Origin: Paragordius varius
Lineage: Eukaryota > Animalia > Nematomorpha
Assembly: GCA_964247055.1 (NCBI GenBank)
Contig: OZ176050.1
Span: 11,346,001-11,410,000, forward strand
Direction of reading: 5' to 3'
Length of the DNA stretch: 64,000 bases
Made by a program: the position numbers and the translations under genes. Numbering within the stretch: the first letter of the stretch is position 1; each line of letters opens with the position of its first letter. The notes beneath the pieces are model-generated. The model made no database searches and was not told the origin of the DNA. It worked only from the letters and a program-made list of their open reading frames with translations. This document shows, one piece after another, positions 24,911 through 40,306 of this stretch.

Positions 24911-27900
24911 TAAATAAGTGTAAAGGAAATACCATGGGTAAAACAAGTTGAGGGAAATTGTAATTTAATTTCAAAGGGGTCGAATTCGACCTAGGAATTA
25001 CCTACCTACCTTTAATTTTGGAAAAAAGAAGATAAACAAATACCATGGCCTACCTTATCCTATAATAATAACTAAACATTTCCAAATAAACATACATTTG
25101 GAATTTTTAAACTGTATATACATGATTAAAAATTAAATGGCAACTATTATATCTATCCAAATACATTTTTGTATTTTTCATAGAGGTAAAAAGGAGAAAA
25201 GAGAGAAGAGGTGTTGGCAGAGGGGAAATGTCGTTTTGTCATCCAAGTCTCATACTTATATCTTTCATATTAAATCATGTCTATAATATTAACATTTATT
25301 ATCTGCCATCATATATCAATAACATTTTTATAATTACACATCTATAATAGATTTATTTTCCTCTCAAAATCACGTTTTTTTATCAACATCATATTTGTAT
25401 GATTTTAGTTTACATTTTTAATTATTTTTTTTTCATAAAACAAAATCATAGATAAATATATATATGAAAAAAAAATATAATAATCCAGTAAATACATAAA
25501 TAATATAGAATGATGCAAAAAACCAACTTTTCACTGCACTGTTAAACACCAAAACCAAGATGGAATATTTTAATTTGTATAATTAAGGTTGGCAGAAGCA
25601 CAGTCGCATACACACACAACATAAATATTAACAGTTAGTTAATTTTTTCAGTTTCTTATAAATATTATATGTTATATAATTAAAAATTTATTTACAATTT
25701 AGTTTTGTTATCTAAACATAAACATAGATAGATATATTATAATTAAATGTAATAGTGTCATAAATTATTTAGAAATTAAGCCATTTTTAAGCAAGCAATT
25801 CCAAACTTTTTACAACGAGGAGTTCTAGTTGTCAAATTAAATTAAATAGAGGAGAGTAATAAATAACCAACATATAAAATATTTGTATATTCATATAATA
25901 AAATCTTTTAGGCAAATTCCCTTATGTTAACTGTCCAACATATTGTCGTGTTAGTATAGATGCTAACAGGTTGGACATTAGCCAATGCAAATACAAATAA
26001 ATAAACGTTATTAAACAATTATAAAAATATAATAAAAATCGAAAAAAATTGAAAAAATTAATTTAACACCTATTTTAAATCCAATTTAGGTTTAACCATT
26101 ATTTTATAATTCTTTTATATCATATGTTATCATATGTTCACAATTTTTTGAGTGGTTATTTTCGAAGCGATCACAATCACGATCACCTCTAATTTAACTA
26201 TTTTATGCTTTATAAATGCTAATTGTGAAAATAATAAAAGAATTGATTACAAAAAATAAAAAGGATGTTTTTTTAGAATTACAAAATTTCTGAACTATAA
26301 ATAGATGAGCGAAACCCAATAATTTTAAGTTACAAGATTAATTTTAAAATTTGTTATATAAAATTAACACAAAATAATATTTTTCACTTACTTGCCTGCC
26401 TACACCGTAATTGTAGGATCAAAGGTTTGTTTAGTGAATAATATTTATTTGTAAAACAATGTTATAAACAATTTTGTATATCATATTATCTATAATTAAT
26501 TTATGCACATAGGTGTGATTGACAATAATTTTTATAATAATAAGGTAAAAAAATTTTTTTGGTAAACCTGAGAATATTTACAAATTATTTAATATACATG
26601 TCAATGTTAAAACTTTAAATATTTTTTTTTCTAAACATAGAATAAAAACAGATTTTAAATTATATTTATACCGACTTATCTTAGCTTGCCTTAAACTTTG
26701 TCAAATAGTGGCTCTAAATTTTTTAAATCACAAGGCATGTGATGATTAATTTAGTTTGTATATGTTAAAGTGTATGAAAAAAATTTTCAATGTAAAACCT
26801 ACAAAATTTGTTGCTTAAACTTTTGAATACAAATCATGTATATATGGCGTTCGATAAAGTGGGGCAGTTAACAACTCTTACCTTAAAAACAATTATTTTA
26901 TAGAATATCGAATGTGTTAAAACCATTTCAAAAAGTTGCACTTATATAACATTAGGGGACCAAAATATATAAAATTTATCCATGACTTATTACTTATTTT
27001 TTTACCTGAGAGCAACATTTAAACAGCATAAAAATGTGATTTGGCGTTCAAATATAATCTTTTGTAAACCATTTTTTTGTCGATAAATTAATTTAAAAAA
27101 TTAACTTTATCAGCTTTAAAATTACAATTTTTTGCTACAAAAGTTGTCAAATAATGGCTCCGAAGTAGTTTGATATGGAACTTTTTGTGTTTAATAATTA
27201 TAGCTTATTTAAATTATTTTCATCAAGATACGAGCATAAATATAAATTAGGCCGTCCGCTTAGATATTTTTGACAAATATAAAATTAAAATTGGCAAAGA
27301 GTCCAGCCTTTCTATTGAAGTGTTCAACATAAGCTACCGTATCATAAAATCGAATGTTTTGTAGAGAGTGATCAATATTTTTTCAAAGTATGAATAAATT
27401 TAAAATATATTTTTATATAACTTTATGTCTAGCATTATTGTATGCCAGTCTAAGTTGAGAATAAAAATATGAATATTTATTTGTTTTTACAATTATTTAA
27501 ATATACTTAACATTAATCAAGCAGCCATTGCCATACCAATCCATATTACAAAAATCGATTATGTTTAAATTATATAATGGTTTCCAATATGATTTATGGT
27601 GCAATTACGATTTTATACATGATTCTTAAAACTTATTTATATATATACGTAGCAATTAAATTAAAATATCTTTGAGAATGCTTCAAATATAAGCATGCTT
27701 TGTTCAATAAATATGTATGGTTAATATTATTTTTTTATAAAAACCTATAGATTTTTTTAGCTTTAAGAGTCCATATTATTATGAAATATTCAAGATTTAA
27801 AGTCTCTCTTTTTTTAATTCTAAATCGATTTCACTCATATTAAAAACATAAATTAATTTATAAAAAATAGTTTGAAAAAACATTTCTTTATTTATCGAAA

Positions 27901-29865
27901 AAAAAGATACCAAAATATTTCTTATTTGCCAAGATTTTACTTGACAACTTAAAATAAAAATGTTTTCAATACTATTTTTTACAAAAATGGTAATTGGTAA
28001 AATCTTTTAATAATTAGGATTTTATAAAAATAAAAAATTTAAAATCTCCATACCAGATACTAAAACAAGTTAATCATATTTTTATAAGTTATAGAGTCAG
28101 TTTCAAACAAATGGTTTATAAAAAAAACCATATTATCAATTTTTCACTTTTGAAAACCACCAAATATTCCATCATATTTTGTTAATTTTAGTTTTTTTTT
28201 CATAAAATCAATTTAATTTTAGATGCATCATTGTTTAAATATCGAAACTCAATGAAACTTAATAAATTTATTTTTTACCATTTATCATAAGGCTTTTAGC
28301 TCTTTAAATAAATCAATTCTTTTAAAGAGTGTTCTAAAAAGGTGCCCACAGACGTTTGAGAACGGTGTTTTATTTTGAAACATAAAGAATATATATGTCA
28401 TCTCTAATTTTTATGATACTCAAATGAAATTTGGCCATAAATATTTTTTTATAAAAACATTTCTTTAACATTGGTGATAATTCATTGTCCCATCTAAACT
28501 TTAAAAGCATGATTTCAAAAAACGAGCCTGTAAAGTAAACTTAATCCCCTTAAAAGTCTGAAACATGATGTGTAATTAAATTTGGTTGTTGAAAAAAAAG
28601 ATCAAAGACAATTTTTTATAAAATATTACAAATTGAAAGATAGTTTATAGCTTGGCTTGTTGATTTAATTTAAAGCGAAATGTGCGTAAAATATTTTTTA
28701 ACGATATATTTACTATGGTTAAAAATCAAAAAATGTTGATCCCAAAAAAGTGTTTTTGTAAAATTTTTATATCGTTTTTCAAGCGCACATATAATGAAAA
28801 ATATAATTAAAAAATAGGTATATATAAGAGATTTAAAATTTGATATTTATAATTTTGTTGTATGAAATATAATTTGATGCGATGCTTATAATTTTTCAAA
28901 ATGAACTTATCAATTGAATTGTTGTGTTGAATTGAATTGAATCAAAAATCTTATGCGCAATTATAAAATTAACGACACACCGACGACGTTTAGAAACCTT
29001 CTCACCTCTTAATTTGAAAATTATCTTTATAATTTTAAAAAAAGAGACGCTGCTTATTGTTAAATCAAATTTAAATCTTAATAATTCAAATATATAATTA
29101 TTATAAATAGTATGTGGATAAAATGTTAACGTTTTTACACACACCTATCTGATTGATTCCATTGTATTTATTTTTTTCAATGAAATAAGGATATGTACAT
29201 TCATGTATCAACATAACTTAATTTCCATCATATAGAGTAGACAACAATGATGCGATTAAAAAGCAGCCAGCGTTTTTGAAAATTACTGATAAATGGTAAA
29301 ATTGTTTACACTCCGATCTTCGGGAATGAGTTATCATCTAATAAAGAGTCCTTTAAAGAAACGAAAATTTATAAAGTTAACCATGTTTTATTCATAATAT
29401 GGCATTTAAAGTTTAATCTAACTGTAATGAGGACATTTTAATTAAAGATTTGATATTTTAAGGAATATTGTGTCAATTTACAAATATCTAGAGAACATCA
29501 ATTTAACATTTATTCTTAAAGCATCTTCTAATCTATAATAAAAAATTTTTTTGCGCATAACGCATTAAACTTTTTCGTGCTGCTAATTTAAATTTAAATT
29601 TTTAACAACAGTCAAAAGAATCATATATATGGCAACATTTTTACCACTTTTAAGATTATATGTTTTTACTATTTTAAAGCATCATTATAAAATAGATTTA
29701 AATTGTTTTACAATATTTTAAACAAGCTTTAAAGTGATCAAAAAACCCAATTTCGTATTAAAGTTTGAACAACTACTAGAGATATGTCGAGTATATATAC
29801 CGAATGTGTTGGTATAATAGACGGATAATTATGATCTAAAAATGTTTTTGCATCCAAGTTTAAAT

Positions 29866-30101
29866 CAGGGCTAATGGTTTCACGCGCCGCATTTCTGACT
29901 TAAAAAATTTGACGGGTCGCATTCGAAAAATATATCGGCATATAAATTTCAAACATAAGATAATTACTTATATTAACATGTTTTGCTAGTTCATTGCCAA
30001 AATTTGGAAAAATTTATTCAGAAATTTTAATCATTAATTTTACTTAGATTTTGTGCATATACGGGATGCATAAATATTTCGGAGTGTGCTGGACACCCCT
30101 G
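29866..30101 (+). mobile_element. Charlie-type hAT MITE
   Basis: Ends CAGGGC... and ...GTGCTGGACACCCCTG followed by CTCTAAAA; internal blocks shared with the 14113 and 40031 copies. Confidence 0.6.
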
Positions 30102-32199
30102 CTCTAAAAATACTAGGTATTTTGGGGAAATTGTTCATAATTATATACTAATACAGTAAGTGGACCTTAAATCATACTTTACTGTGGTAATATTCTCTCA
30201 TAAAATATTTTTCGTTGTCATAAAGAGAAATTTGTAAGTTAAATTATTATAGTAACTTTTTAATCAATAATATATCATTTTTGTGAATTTGATTATGTAA
30301 ATTGTATGGGTTTCTTTTGCTTTAGTTAAACAAATTTTTAACTAATGTTTTATTATAATGTTTTTGGATATACTTCCAACTCAGCAGTATAAGTTGATTT
30401 TTAATTCGTAAATACTTCATGCATTTGAATTTCACATATGGGCGGATAATTTGAATAATATCATTAAAATTTTAAATTCCCAAGTTTCCTAAAGAAGGTT
30501 TTTAAGGATAAAGGGTGTTTTAATCCAATATTAAGCTCCGATATTTATTTTAAGTTTATAATAATAAATCATTGTTTTTAAAGGCAAGGAAAATATGCTT
30601 AATTTACCGTAACTTTACCTACTTTTATTTAAATCTGCGTTTTGAGCTATATAATTATAAGGAATTATAGAAATTAAAATGCTTTTCTAGATGAATTCAT
30701 TTTTACAATTTAACAAGATTTAATGGATTTTGAAGTATATAAACATAAACCTATATGCTATATTAGGTGTGTATTTAAAATTCCATACAGGTAGTTTTAT
30801 TTTTTATTTTTGACAAAGGAAACAGGAAAGTATTAAAATTTATCTTGATTAAAAAAATATATATAGAGATAGAGAGAACCTGTTCTAAAAGCAATATAAT
30901 CCAAGAATCAAATAAATAGTTTTAAGTATTTAATTTTGTTTCTTCCTTTCAAAGTTGAAAAAAGTTTCAAAAGCGATCATACTTTATATATACCTATTAA
31001 ATTTATTTTTTTTGAATGATGAATTAGAATATAGGAAGGTATATATTATCCTATAATTCGCACACATATGCCGCGCGCCTTTTAAGCTTTTATTTAATTG
31101 TATAACAATTGTCAACAATGTTCTCTTCTCATCATTTAAGGAAAAAAAATTATCAAAGAGATACGATATTCTCATGCTTTTATTGTGTTCTTCATTCAGA
31201 ATATTAGATACCTGTTTAAATTTTCGTTTAAATTTGTATATGTTGACAAAGTTTCATAGTTTTTTTTCAAGTTTTACATAGATTATTTGGTATAATATTA
31301 TGAAAAATAGTTATTAAATTAAATAGCAATACAATTTTTAATAAAACTAGAGACCTTTGACTCTGTTGCTACTTTATAAAAAATTTATTTTTTATACATG
31401 TTTCACAATAATAAATTTTAAATAAAAAGCACCATTATGTTTAAATATTGGATAAACAGTTTCGTGAAGAACCAACGAAAACATAATAAAAGATCAAAAG
31501 AAATTTCTATTAACATTGAGAGAAAAATTATTCTATATATAATGTCTAAAAACAATCATATTCTGCTTTTATACCTACTCATATAAATTTGTTAATTTTC
31601 TCAAACAACATGTTAGTTATCTAAATTATAATTTATCATAAAAAGCGATAGAACCAAGCTGCTAAAAGTAAATTATTTTATAAAAAAATCAGACATACAC
31701 ACATATATTTTTTTTGTATTTGTCATCTCCTTTCCTAGATTGGAAGAAAGAGAATGACAGAAAGGACATATAAAGAAAAACATCAAGTGTTGTTTTAAGC
31801 TTTTATGCTTCTCAAATGACATATATTAATAGGCTTGTGTTATGTTATATAATTTTTATGTTGGACAAATGAGTTGATGTTAAGGGGATGTTACACACTT
31901 ACAGTTTATATCAAAATGATGGCATAAATGAAACATAAACAGTAACTTTTAAATTTGTAGTTGAGCAACAACCTGGAAAGTTGCAGAGGCTCTCAAAATA
32001 TCTAGCTTAGGGAACCCAAAATTGTTTTAAATATATTATATGATTGCTTTTTCTTAGTTTTTCCAACGAATGTTAATAAAATTTGAGCAAAATTGAAATG
32101 TAATGCACAGGATCAACAGTTACGGGATATTGGGGCGCTCAAAGAAGCCTTTTTTTGTTTTTTTGCATTCTCGTTTTTAAGTATTCACAAGGAAATAAT

Positions 32200-32590
32200 A
32201 CTACTAAAAGCGGCATCATATGGATTATTTTCGAATCATGGCTTTTAGAGGAAGTAATCAACGTAGGATACTGGGATATCTAACGGAAAGACAGAATAAG
32301 TAAGGAAAAGCTAAACACCCAAACGCTTAAAACAAAAAAAAAGAATATTAAGATATTTTGGTCATGTTAAGCGATTGCTCAAAGAAAGACATAATGTTTG
32401 GAAAGGTAGAAGGGCGAAAAAAACGAGGCCGACTACATATGAGGTGGTTAGACAGATAAAAGAGCTAACTAAGTTGACATTGAAAATTTTAAATATAGCG
32501 ATAAATGATAGGAAATGGAAGTTACTAGTGAAGACTATATCCAAAATGTTGATTTCCGCCTAGTTATGACCAACTAACCAACCAACACAA
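32200..32590 (+). mobile_element. RTE-clade LINE 3' end (5'-truncated)
   Basis: Frameshifted translation RRILGY..KDRIS....LRYFGHVKR..KDIMFGKVEGRKKRGRLHMRWLD..KELTKLTLKILNIAINDRKWKLLVKTIS, followed by a CAAC/CTAAC-type microsatellite tail at 32570-32588. Confidence 0.75.
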
Positions 32591-35500
32591 TGGTACCTGT
32601 TAGAAATTAAAAATCAAATAAAAAGATTATTGTTTTTTCCCAATTTACCCAAAAAGATTTTGGTTTATTTAAAAGAGTTTGGACCGTGATCTCCAGGTTC
32701 CCGGTAAAATTTGCGAGATAGATTTTTTAAATATTTTATAATAATTTTGTTTGAACAATAGGCCATGCATATACTACTTTAAGGGTCAAATATAATTTGG
32801 GTGTATAGTATCAATGTTTCCAACTGTTTAATATTTATTCACAGTGAAATGAATAATCATTTTATATCACGACTAAAAAATTTAAAAATCGATTTTTTTG
32901 ATAGAGCTGAGGTAATAATATCTGGCAACAACTCATCTATATTACCCTAAATGCCTATCAACCGCGTGGCTCATCATACAATAATTGTTTTTCAAAGCAT
33001 TTAACTCTTATTTAAAAATCTCATATTCGATTTTAACAAAACATAATTTTTGTTACTTGAACCTATTGAGGCATTAGCGTGTTTTTATAGTCATAACATA
33101 TAATCAAATTTTGAATTTTATTATTGGCCAAAAAAACATGCATTTTCAATCGATTGACAAACTTTAATTTTTGTAGCGGCTCGGGGGTAGATGCAGGCTA
33201 CAGAATTTGCGTAAAATACTTATTATTATATATTATAGAGATAAGATAACAAAACTTGAGGAATAATTAAAAGCCTCTTCTGTCTAAAGCTATCAATGAA
33301 TGGATTTAAACTTCTCGAGAAAAAAAGGGAATCATATAAGTATAGTTGAGCGTTAAAATGTCGTAAATCACCACAATTTATTTTTGCGATAAAAAAATAT
33401 GGTATATAAATGAAGTTTTTATTACTTTTAGAGTCATAGTCATGAAAATAATTTTATGATGATGAAAAAATAGAGAGCAACAACTAACTATCTACAAACT
33501 ACTGTAAGGCCCCACTATTTGGTAATTTTTATGGTTTTTTTATTGGCTGCCTCCGAAATTTCTTAAAAAGACTATATTGGGATAAGAAATATAGAAATAA
33601 TAACAAGTGTAATGTTATTACACCTTCGAGACAAGTGAAAAAATAAAAATTTGCACGTAATTATTTTATTAGTTGCTGTCTAAATATTGATGTTTGATCA
33701 TGTAAAAGCCAAAAATTATTAAGCTCAATAAATAACCATTTTCAAAATGTAGCCCTTCAAAAAGTAATTAAAACGTTACTGCTTCCACACATAAAAAACT
33801 AAGTGTGCAGAGTTATTTTAAAATACCTAAGCTCTATTTTGGTGGAAAACAACAAATTTATTAAAGGGCCTTAAAAACAATCAATCTGTTTATTAAAAAT
33901 ATATTAAGTAAATTAAACTTTTTTGCTAAAAGTTTTATATGGTAAGCAAACCAACCAGCTAATAATCATTGGTAATGTACATAAAAACCTGATAATTTAT
34001 GTGTGTAAAATATTTAAATTTTCATCTTCCCAAATAATTTGAGGTAAGATTTTGGACAATATCGTGATAAGAATTATAAACAGAAAATGGTTTTTCATTT
34101 AATTCACGTTTATATGATAGCTTCGTATATATTTACATATCTTATATTATTTTCCAATTTAAAATCACAAAAAATAACTAAATATATGCTATTTTTAAGC
34201 GTTAAAAGATAAAAAAATTTAATGGCGTGTTTTAGTCACAGTTTTTATTTTAAAATATATACACTGTTTTAAGTCTGTTTAAAGCTTATCTAGATATATA
34301 GCTTCGTATATATTAAATGAGTTTCAAGTCAATCTTTTTAATAATGTTATATGAAAATGTAAAGTATCTTCACAGTTATTCGCTGGAAAACGCGTATAGA
34401 CCTCTATGCGAAGAAGATTGTTGGGGTTTTTATATTTCATTTGGTTTTGGGTCACTTTGAACCTTAAGTAAATCAAGGACTCCATAACCAATTTAAAACA
34501 CCAAAATAAGGTATACAGTTGTTCAGCTAAATCATATATTGTTATGGATAAAATCATTTCATATTTTTTTATAATAGGCGGAATAACTCCCAATGTAGCA
34601 TCAATAAGTTTTGTAAAATTGCAAAAATTTTCGTTACGACATATATATTTAGTCTTAAGGTAAAATCTTTGTAGCTATCAAATTATTATTTTTCGCATAT
34701 TCACAAAATATCTTTAAAGTTTATTAAATTATTTCACATACTTCACGTTTTTAAACCAAAGATGGCTATATGTTTAAGCTTTAAAATTGTTTTAGTAATT
34801 TGTGGTCAGAATGAAATTGTATTTAATTATAAATGAGAGTTTTTATATTTTCGAGATAATTATTTTTTAGTTTTTAAATTCAGTTCCCCCAGGTTTTTAT
34901 GCATGGGTTTTCAAGCTTTATTAAAAAATTGGGCTACCGCTACATAAAAGGGAATTAGTTTTTATGGTGTTTCGTTTGCGCGAAACATTAACGAATAATT
35001 AAAATCAAAGGTCCATTAAAAATGAAATTTAAAAATTATTAAAGGAGCATCGCCAAATTTAGCCTCTTGCATAGCTAATATTATTATATAAATATGTCAT
35101 ATATATTTTGTTCTTATATACTCAGCTGTTTGGCCATTTTGTTTTTATGGCGTTTAATACCACCCAAATTTTTCGGTTAATCAAAATTTTTATCAAGAAA
35201 ATGTCCCCCAAAGTCGACAATCTAGGATATATAATTGGTTATCCATCATTGTAAACGTATCAGAATAAAAGTACTTATTAAAACCTTATTTCTTAGTAGT
35301 ATTAATACAGTGGATGATACTGGAAAAACCTGTTTATATGCACATAGAGATAAAAAGAGTAAAGCATTGAATATATTACTAAAATATAACTTCATTTTTG
35401 CAAAATAAGAAAAAAAAACTGTTGGAAATTCAAATTAAATGTAAATTTATAGAAAAAAAATCCATGATATATATATATATATAAATATGGCCAAGGGTAT

Positions 35501-35844
35501 ATTTAAAAACACACATAATATATAAAAATCAATATATAGATTATTGCCATAATTATTTTTATTATATTAAAATTGTCAACAAATTACGGAAATTTTTCGA
35601 CACTTTGAGTTTCCTTTTATTATCAATTTTAATTACAATATTATGTTAATGAGTTATTGATAATTATATATCTATTAAATAATAGAGGTAGATAAAAACC
35701 AATTTTACACATCTAAATTAATTTATTACATTTGGGCAGAAATAATTACAAATGCAAATAAGCTAGAAGAAATTAATGCAAAAAAATTAAAAGTTTACAT
35801 TATAACACAAAATATTTTAATTAATTATTGCCTGTATTTAAACC

Positions 35845-36134
35845 AAAATTATCCAACATACGGCTCTCCGAAATATTTGCACAGTCCGCAAAAAATTTCC
35901 AAAAATACCAAACATAAAATTTTCTAATTAAAATATGCTATTCACAAATTCCAAAGTAAAATTGACACTTTTTAAACAATTTTATGATTATTATCTCTTG
36001 CCAATTTTAATAATAAGTCACAAAAAGTGTTAAATTAATTATAGAATTGGGTTTACATTTTTAAATGCGTTTCGTCAGATTTTAGAGTAATAAATGAGGC
36101 CAGCGAAGGCATTTGTGTTAGTTAAAGACCCCTG
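35845..36134 (-). mobile_element. Charlie-type hAT MITE (degenerate)
   Basis: The minus strand begins CAGGGGTC...AACACAAATGCCTTCGCTGGCCTCATTT. The other end (AAATATTTCGGAGAGCCGTATGTTGG) matches the 3' part of the 29866 copy. Confidence 0.55.
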
Positions 36135-37894
36135 AATTTAACCTTACTAAGTTAACATTAAATTATAGTTTAAAAATCTAACGGGTTACCTCTATCGTTT
36201 TCTCGTTCAGGAATACAGAGTTCAGCTATCCAATAGATCTTAATCAGTATAAATACTAAAAATATTGGATTATAGTGTAAAATAAAATAAGATATTAAAA
36301 TAATTAATAGACAAACACTTGTATCTAATTATAGTAAATTATTATTAAAAACACTTTTTAAAAAATATAAATTATATATATAAAATAAATTATATATATG
36401 GTGGATGAGTAGCAGACGTAGGACAAATATACAATACAATATTATTTTTTATGATAATGAGAAATAGATAATATTGTGAACTAGAAAAAGCAGATTCATC
36501 TTATATTATTATTATACAATAATACATAATAATCAGTAGACAAAATCGAATGATTCTTAATTAAATATAGTAACTGATTTTTTATTGTGATTTAATTATA
36601 TATATAATTGGATATTTTTTATATTCTCTTTATTAACAATATAATAACTGTCAGTATATTTATTACACACGTTTATATATGGATAAAATAAAAATTCATC
36701 ATGGATGATATCAACACCACAATTTAATAGTGGATTGAGGTAATCTCTGAAAATTTCTGGAAATACAAAAAAGTGTATTAAAAAGATGGTAATACAATTT
36801 AAAAAAAATACCCAATAATGCGAATTTATTTTTACAAATACCCAAATTTGTGTTTAAAATGGGACTATAGAAAGATAATTGTCTTTGTTTAAAAAGTAAA
36901 AAAATGATTTATTTCACCAAAACGTGTACAAAATATTTTCGGTAATTTTACTGAAAAAAAGGGCAATAAAATCTAAATATGAGCGAAACTACAAAAATTT
37001 AATGTTGTTAGGGACTTAGATTTAAACCATTAATTATAGTTAAGTTGTTTGTTGTAATAAGTCTTAAGGTAATCATCGGTTAATAACCATATAATCTTTT
37101 GATCCGAGCTATAAATAGTGCAACACTCATCAAAATATTTCCTTTGAAGTTAGTTGTCTTGTGTTTTTCGTTCATTGTACCCCTACAACACATACAGAGA
37201 GCGCTGAAATTGGAAATATATAAATTTTTGAGTTAATGATAACGCTAAACACTTGTTTCTTTATCTCTTTGAAAATTGGCTGCTTCAAAAAAGGCATTTT
37301 TTTTATAAATCAATAAATTAATCTTATTTTTATTTTCCTATTTTTTAATAAAGCAATTATTCCGCTTTTCATTATAAAAGTTGCTTGCAATTTACTTCTC
37401 ATGTGAAATGTGAAATTTGGAAACGTTTCCCCTATTATTTTATTATAATTTAATCATATATATATATATATATATAAATATTAATTTTGGTGGTGTCGAA
37501 AAAAATAGAATTAAGTGACCAGGTTAACTGTTATATAGAAAAAAGCTTTCAATTTTAGATTGTGTTCGTTGGCCTATTGTTGTGTTTTTATAAAACCAAT
37601 TAGAGGAGTTCACATAATTTATGAGATTACCAACAACAATATAGAACAAAAAATACAATGTTGCTTAGTTTTTACCTTTGATACCAAAAGAAAGTTTTTT
37701 GCATCAGCTGTTTAAGCAAATTTTATAAACATTGAGAGAGAAAATTTGAGTTTTAAATACGTTCGGTGCAATTTTTTTATATAAACATCATTTTAGCCGT
37801 CCGTATAAAATATTAGTAGTAATATGAGGAGGCATATGTGCACATAATAACAAAAGTAAAAATATGATAAAAGCTAAAATATATTATGTATATC

Positions 37895-39717
37895 TAAGGT
37901 GACCAGACGTCCCGCTTTTGGCGGGACAGTCCCGCTTTTTCACACTTTGTCCCGCGTCCCGATGCGTTTTAGAAATGTCCCGCTTTTTCACGATTATATA
38001 AAATTAAATTTTTTAAATACATTTTTTTATAAAAAATTTATTTTTTTATCCGTTTAAATTTATAATCAGTTATCTTTAAAATCTATATCAATTTTAAATT
38101 AAAGTTTTTTATTTGAAGCCATTGTATGCATTGTCCTTTCGCCATATGCATTTTCTGAATACAAAAAGATTTGCTGAAAATTAATTTCATATCGCCATAC
38201 TACGTTAATAAAATATTTTGGTCCAGAAACCGGAGTAAAATTAAAATTTTAAATTTTATTTCTCTACCCGGTGCGAATTCCGACATAATTTTACTTCAAT
38301 AATGAATATTCTAGGAAAAAATAATTTAAAAGACAAAATCATCGCATATTGCGGTGACAACACCAATACGAACTTCGGTGGAAAAGCAAGGAGGGGAAAA
38401 AAATAATTTTCAGTAATTAGCAGATAATCTTAATCAAAACAATATTCGTTGGGTATGTAGCGCATATAACACACAACGCTATTCAAACAGCTGCTGATTT
38501 GTTACCCCTAGATGTGGAAAATGTAGTTGTTAAGGTATATTCCTATTTTTATATACACGGTGCGCGTTGAAACGCCTAAGAAATTCTGTGCAAATGCAGA
38601 AGTTCAATATTAAAAAATGCTTGGATATTGTAAAACTCGTTGGTTTGCTCTTCTGCCAGCTATCTAAAGAATTTTAAAAAATGATCTTTTAAAATCCTAA
38701 TTTTTTATCACAGGACAAATGTCCTACAACTTTGGAAAAGTTTTTTGAAAGTGATTCTTCAATATGGTTAGAGTTCCTACATAATCAAGCTTTTCTCTTT
38801 CATGTTATTAAATTGATAGAAAGTGACAAAACTTCGGCCATCGAAGTAGCCAATGAAGTTTACCTAAAAGTCCAATGTCAAGAAAGGTTATAAAATAATT
38901 TTATACCAGTAACCATCCGCAATATTATAAATAATTTAAAAAAACAAGGCTTAATAAAACGCCAAGATATCCTGTACCATTAAAAATGTTTCATACAAAC
39001 TGTAAAGATTATTGGAAGACTGGAGGGTGCAATTTAATGAAATTGATCATTTTCATTGGATAACATTAAAACCAGAATTTAATTGGTGCGATGTTCAAAA
39101 ATCATTTCTGCATCTCCCAAAAATTCCCAAAAAGTAACCTTTCAGAAAATATCTTTTTTCTAAAGTATCATTAGTTATAAAATATATTAATAATGAAAAA
39201 CTTAAATATAAAATATATTAATAATGAAAAACTTAAATTATGGACAACAGAAAAAAAATACAGTAGAAAAGAAATGGTTAGAAATATTTCATCATTTTGA
39301 AACAAACTATGTTCTATACAATATTTTAAAAATTGTAGAATTTGAATTATCTTTACGTGGAACCAACGCTGCTACTGAGCGCGTTTTTTCCACAGTAAAT
39401 CAGATGTGGACATCGGAAAAGTCAAATTTAAATGTTGAAACTTTACCATTTTATCTGTCAAATATAATTTGACAAATTCTTGTGAAATCTACTATAAAAT
39501 GATGACAATCTGCTAAAACGCATTCACTCAAATAAAAAATATACCAAGGAATTAAATATTTTTTTATATTTATCATGTATTTGTGTTAAAATTAAAAATA
39601 AATAAATACTACAATAAATTTTTTGTATAATTTTTGGTTGTACACCCCACCTCATAACCCCCCCCCCCCCTTCTCAGATTTGTCCCGCTTTTTCCTTCAA
39701 AAAATCTGGTCACCTTA
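37895..39717 (+). mobile_element. hAT DNA transposon (Blackjack-like TAGGGTGACCA termini), 1823 bp, with decayed transposase
   Basis: TIRs TAAGGTGACCAGA / TCTGGTCACCTTA; perfect 8-bp TSD TGTATATC (37887-37894 and 39718-39725); subterminal GTCCCGCTTTT repeats. Frameshifted transposase motifs: GDNTNTNFGG, C.AHI.HN, KTRWFALLPAI and the C-terminal dimerisation motif GTNAATERVFSTVNQMWTSEKSNLNVETL. Confidence 0.92.
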
Positions 39718-40030
39718 TGTATATCGCCTTTTGGCAATAATAAAAAGTTGTTTTTTGTACTTTTAAAAAATATAAATAATGGATGGATAGATAGTACTTT
39801 TATGGTTGATTAGATTGGAAAATAAAATGGGATAAAGACAATCATAATAAATATAATGATTATAAAACAAGAATAGTATATAGATATATGCATAAAAAAT
39901 TGAGCATTATAAATGTAAATATCAGCATGATAATTTTGTAAAACGTAACTTGTAAAATTTTTTTAACCATCAACTTTGAATAGACTTAAAAGATTTTTTA
40001 GCTTTTTTAATACTGTTTTTGACTCTAGAG

Positions 40031-40306
40031 GTGAGTGCCCAACACTATTGTCTTCACGGGCCCCATTTTTTGGTCAAAAAATCCGAAGGGCTGCCTTCGC
40101 AAAATATATTGGCCTTAACAAATATTTTATTAAATTTATAATATAAGACTGTGAAAACGAATATTTACATTAACATCACGTGCTAGTTCATTGCCAAAAG
40201 TTGGATCAGAAATTAACGAAATTACTTAGATTTCGTAAAATTTTGTAATTGAAATTTCTCGTGGGCCGAGAAATATATTGGATGGACACTTGATGAACAC
40301 CCCCTG
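40031..40306 (+). mobile_element. Charlie-type hAT MITE
   Basis: GTGCCCAACAC ... GAACACCCCCTG, flanked by CTCTAGAG and TTCTAGAG, the NTCTAGAN target typical of Charlie elements. Confidence 0.7.

Noticed and set aside
28896-29144. ORF with KRRRC, recalling a piggyBac Cys-rich tail
   Set aside because: The remaining cysteines are absent and I found no TTAA-flanked termini.
34324-34593. 89-aa minus-strand ORF in the desert
   Set aside because: No recognisable motif or coherent splice context; length is compatible with chance or a decayed repeat.
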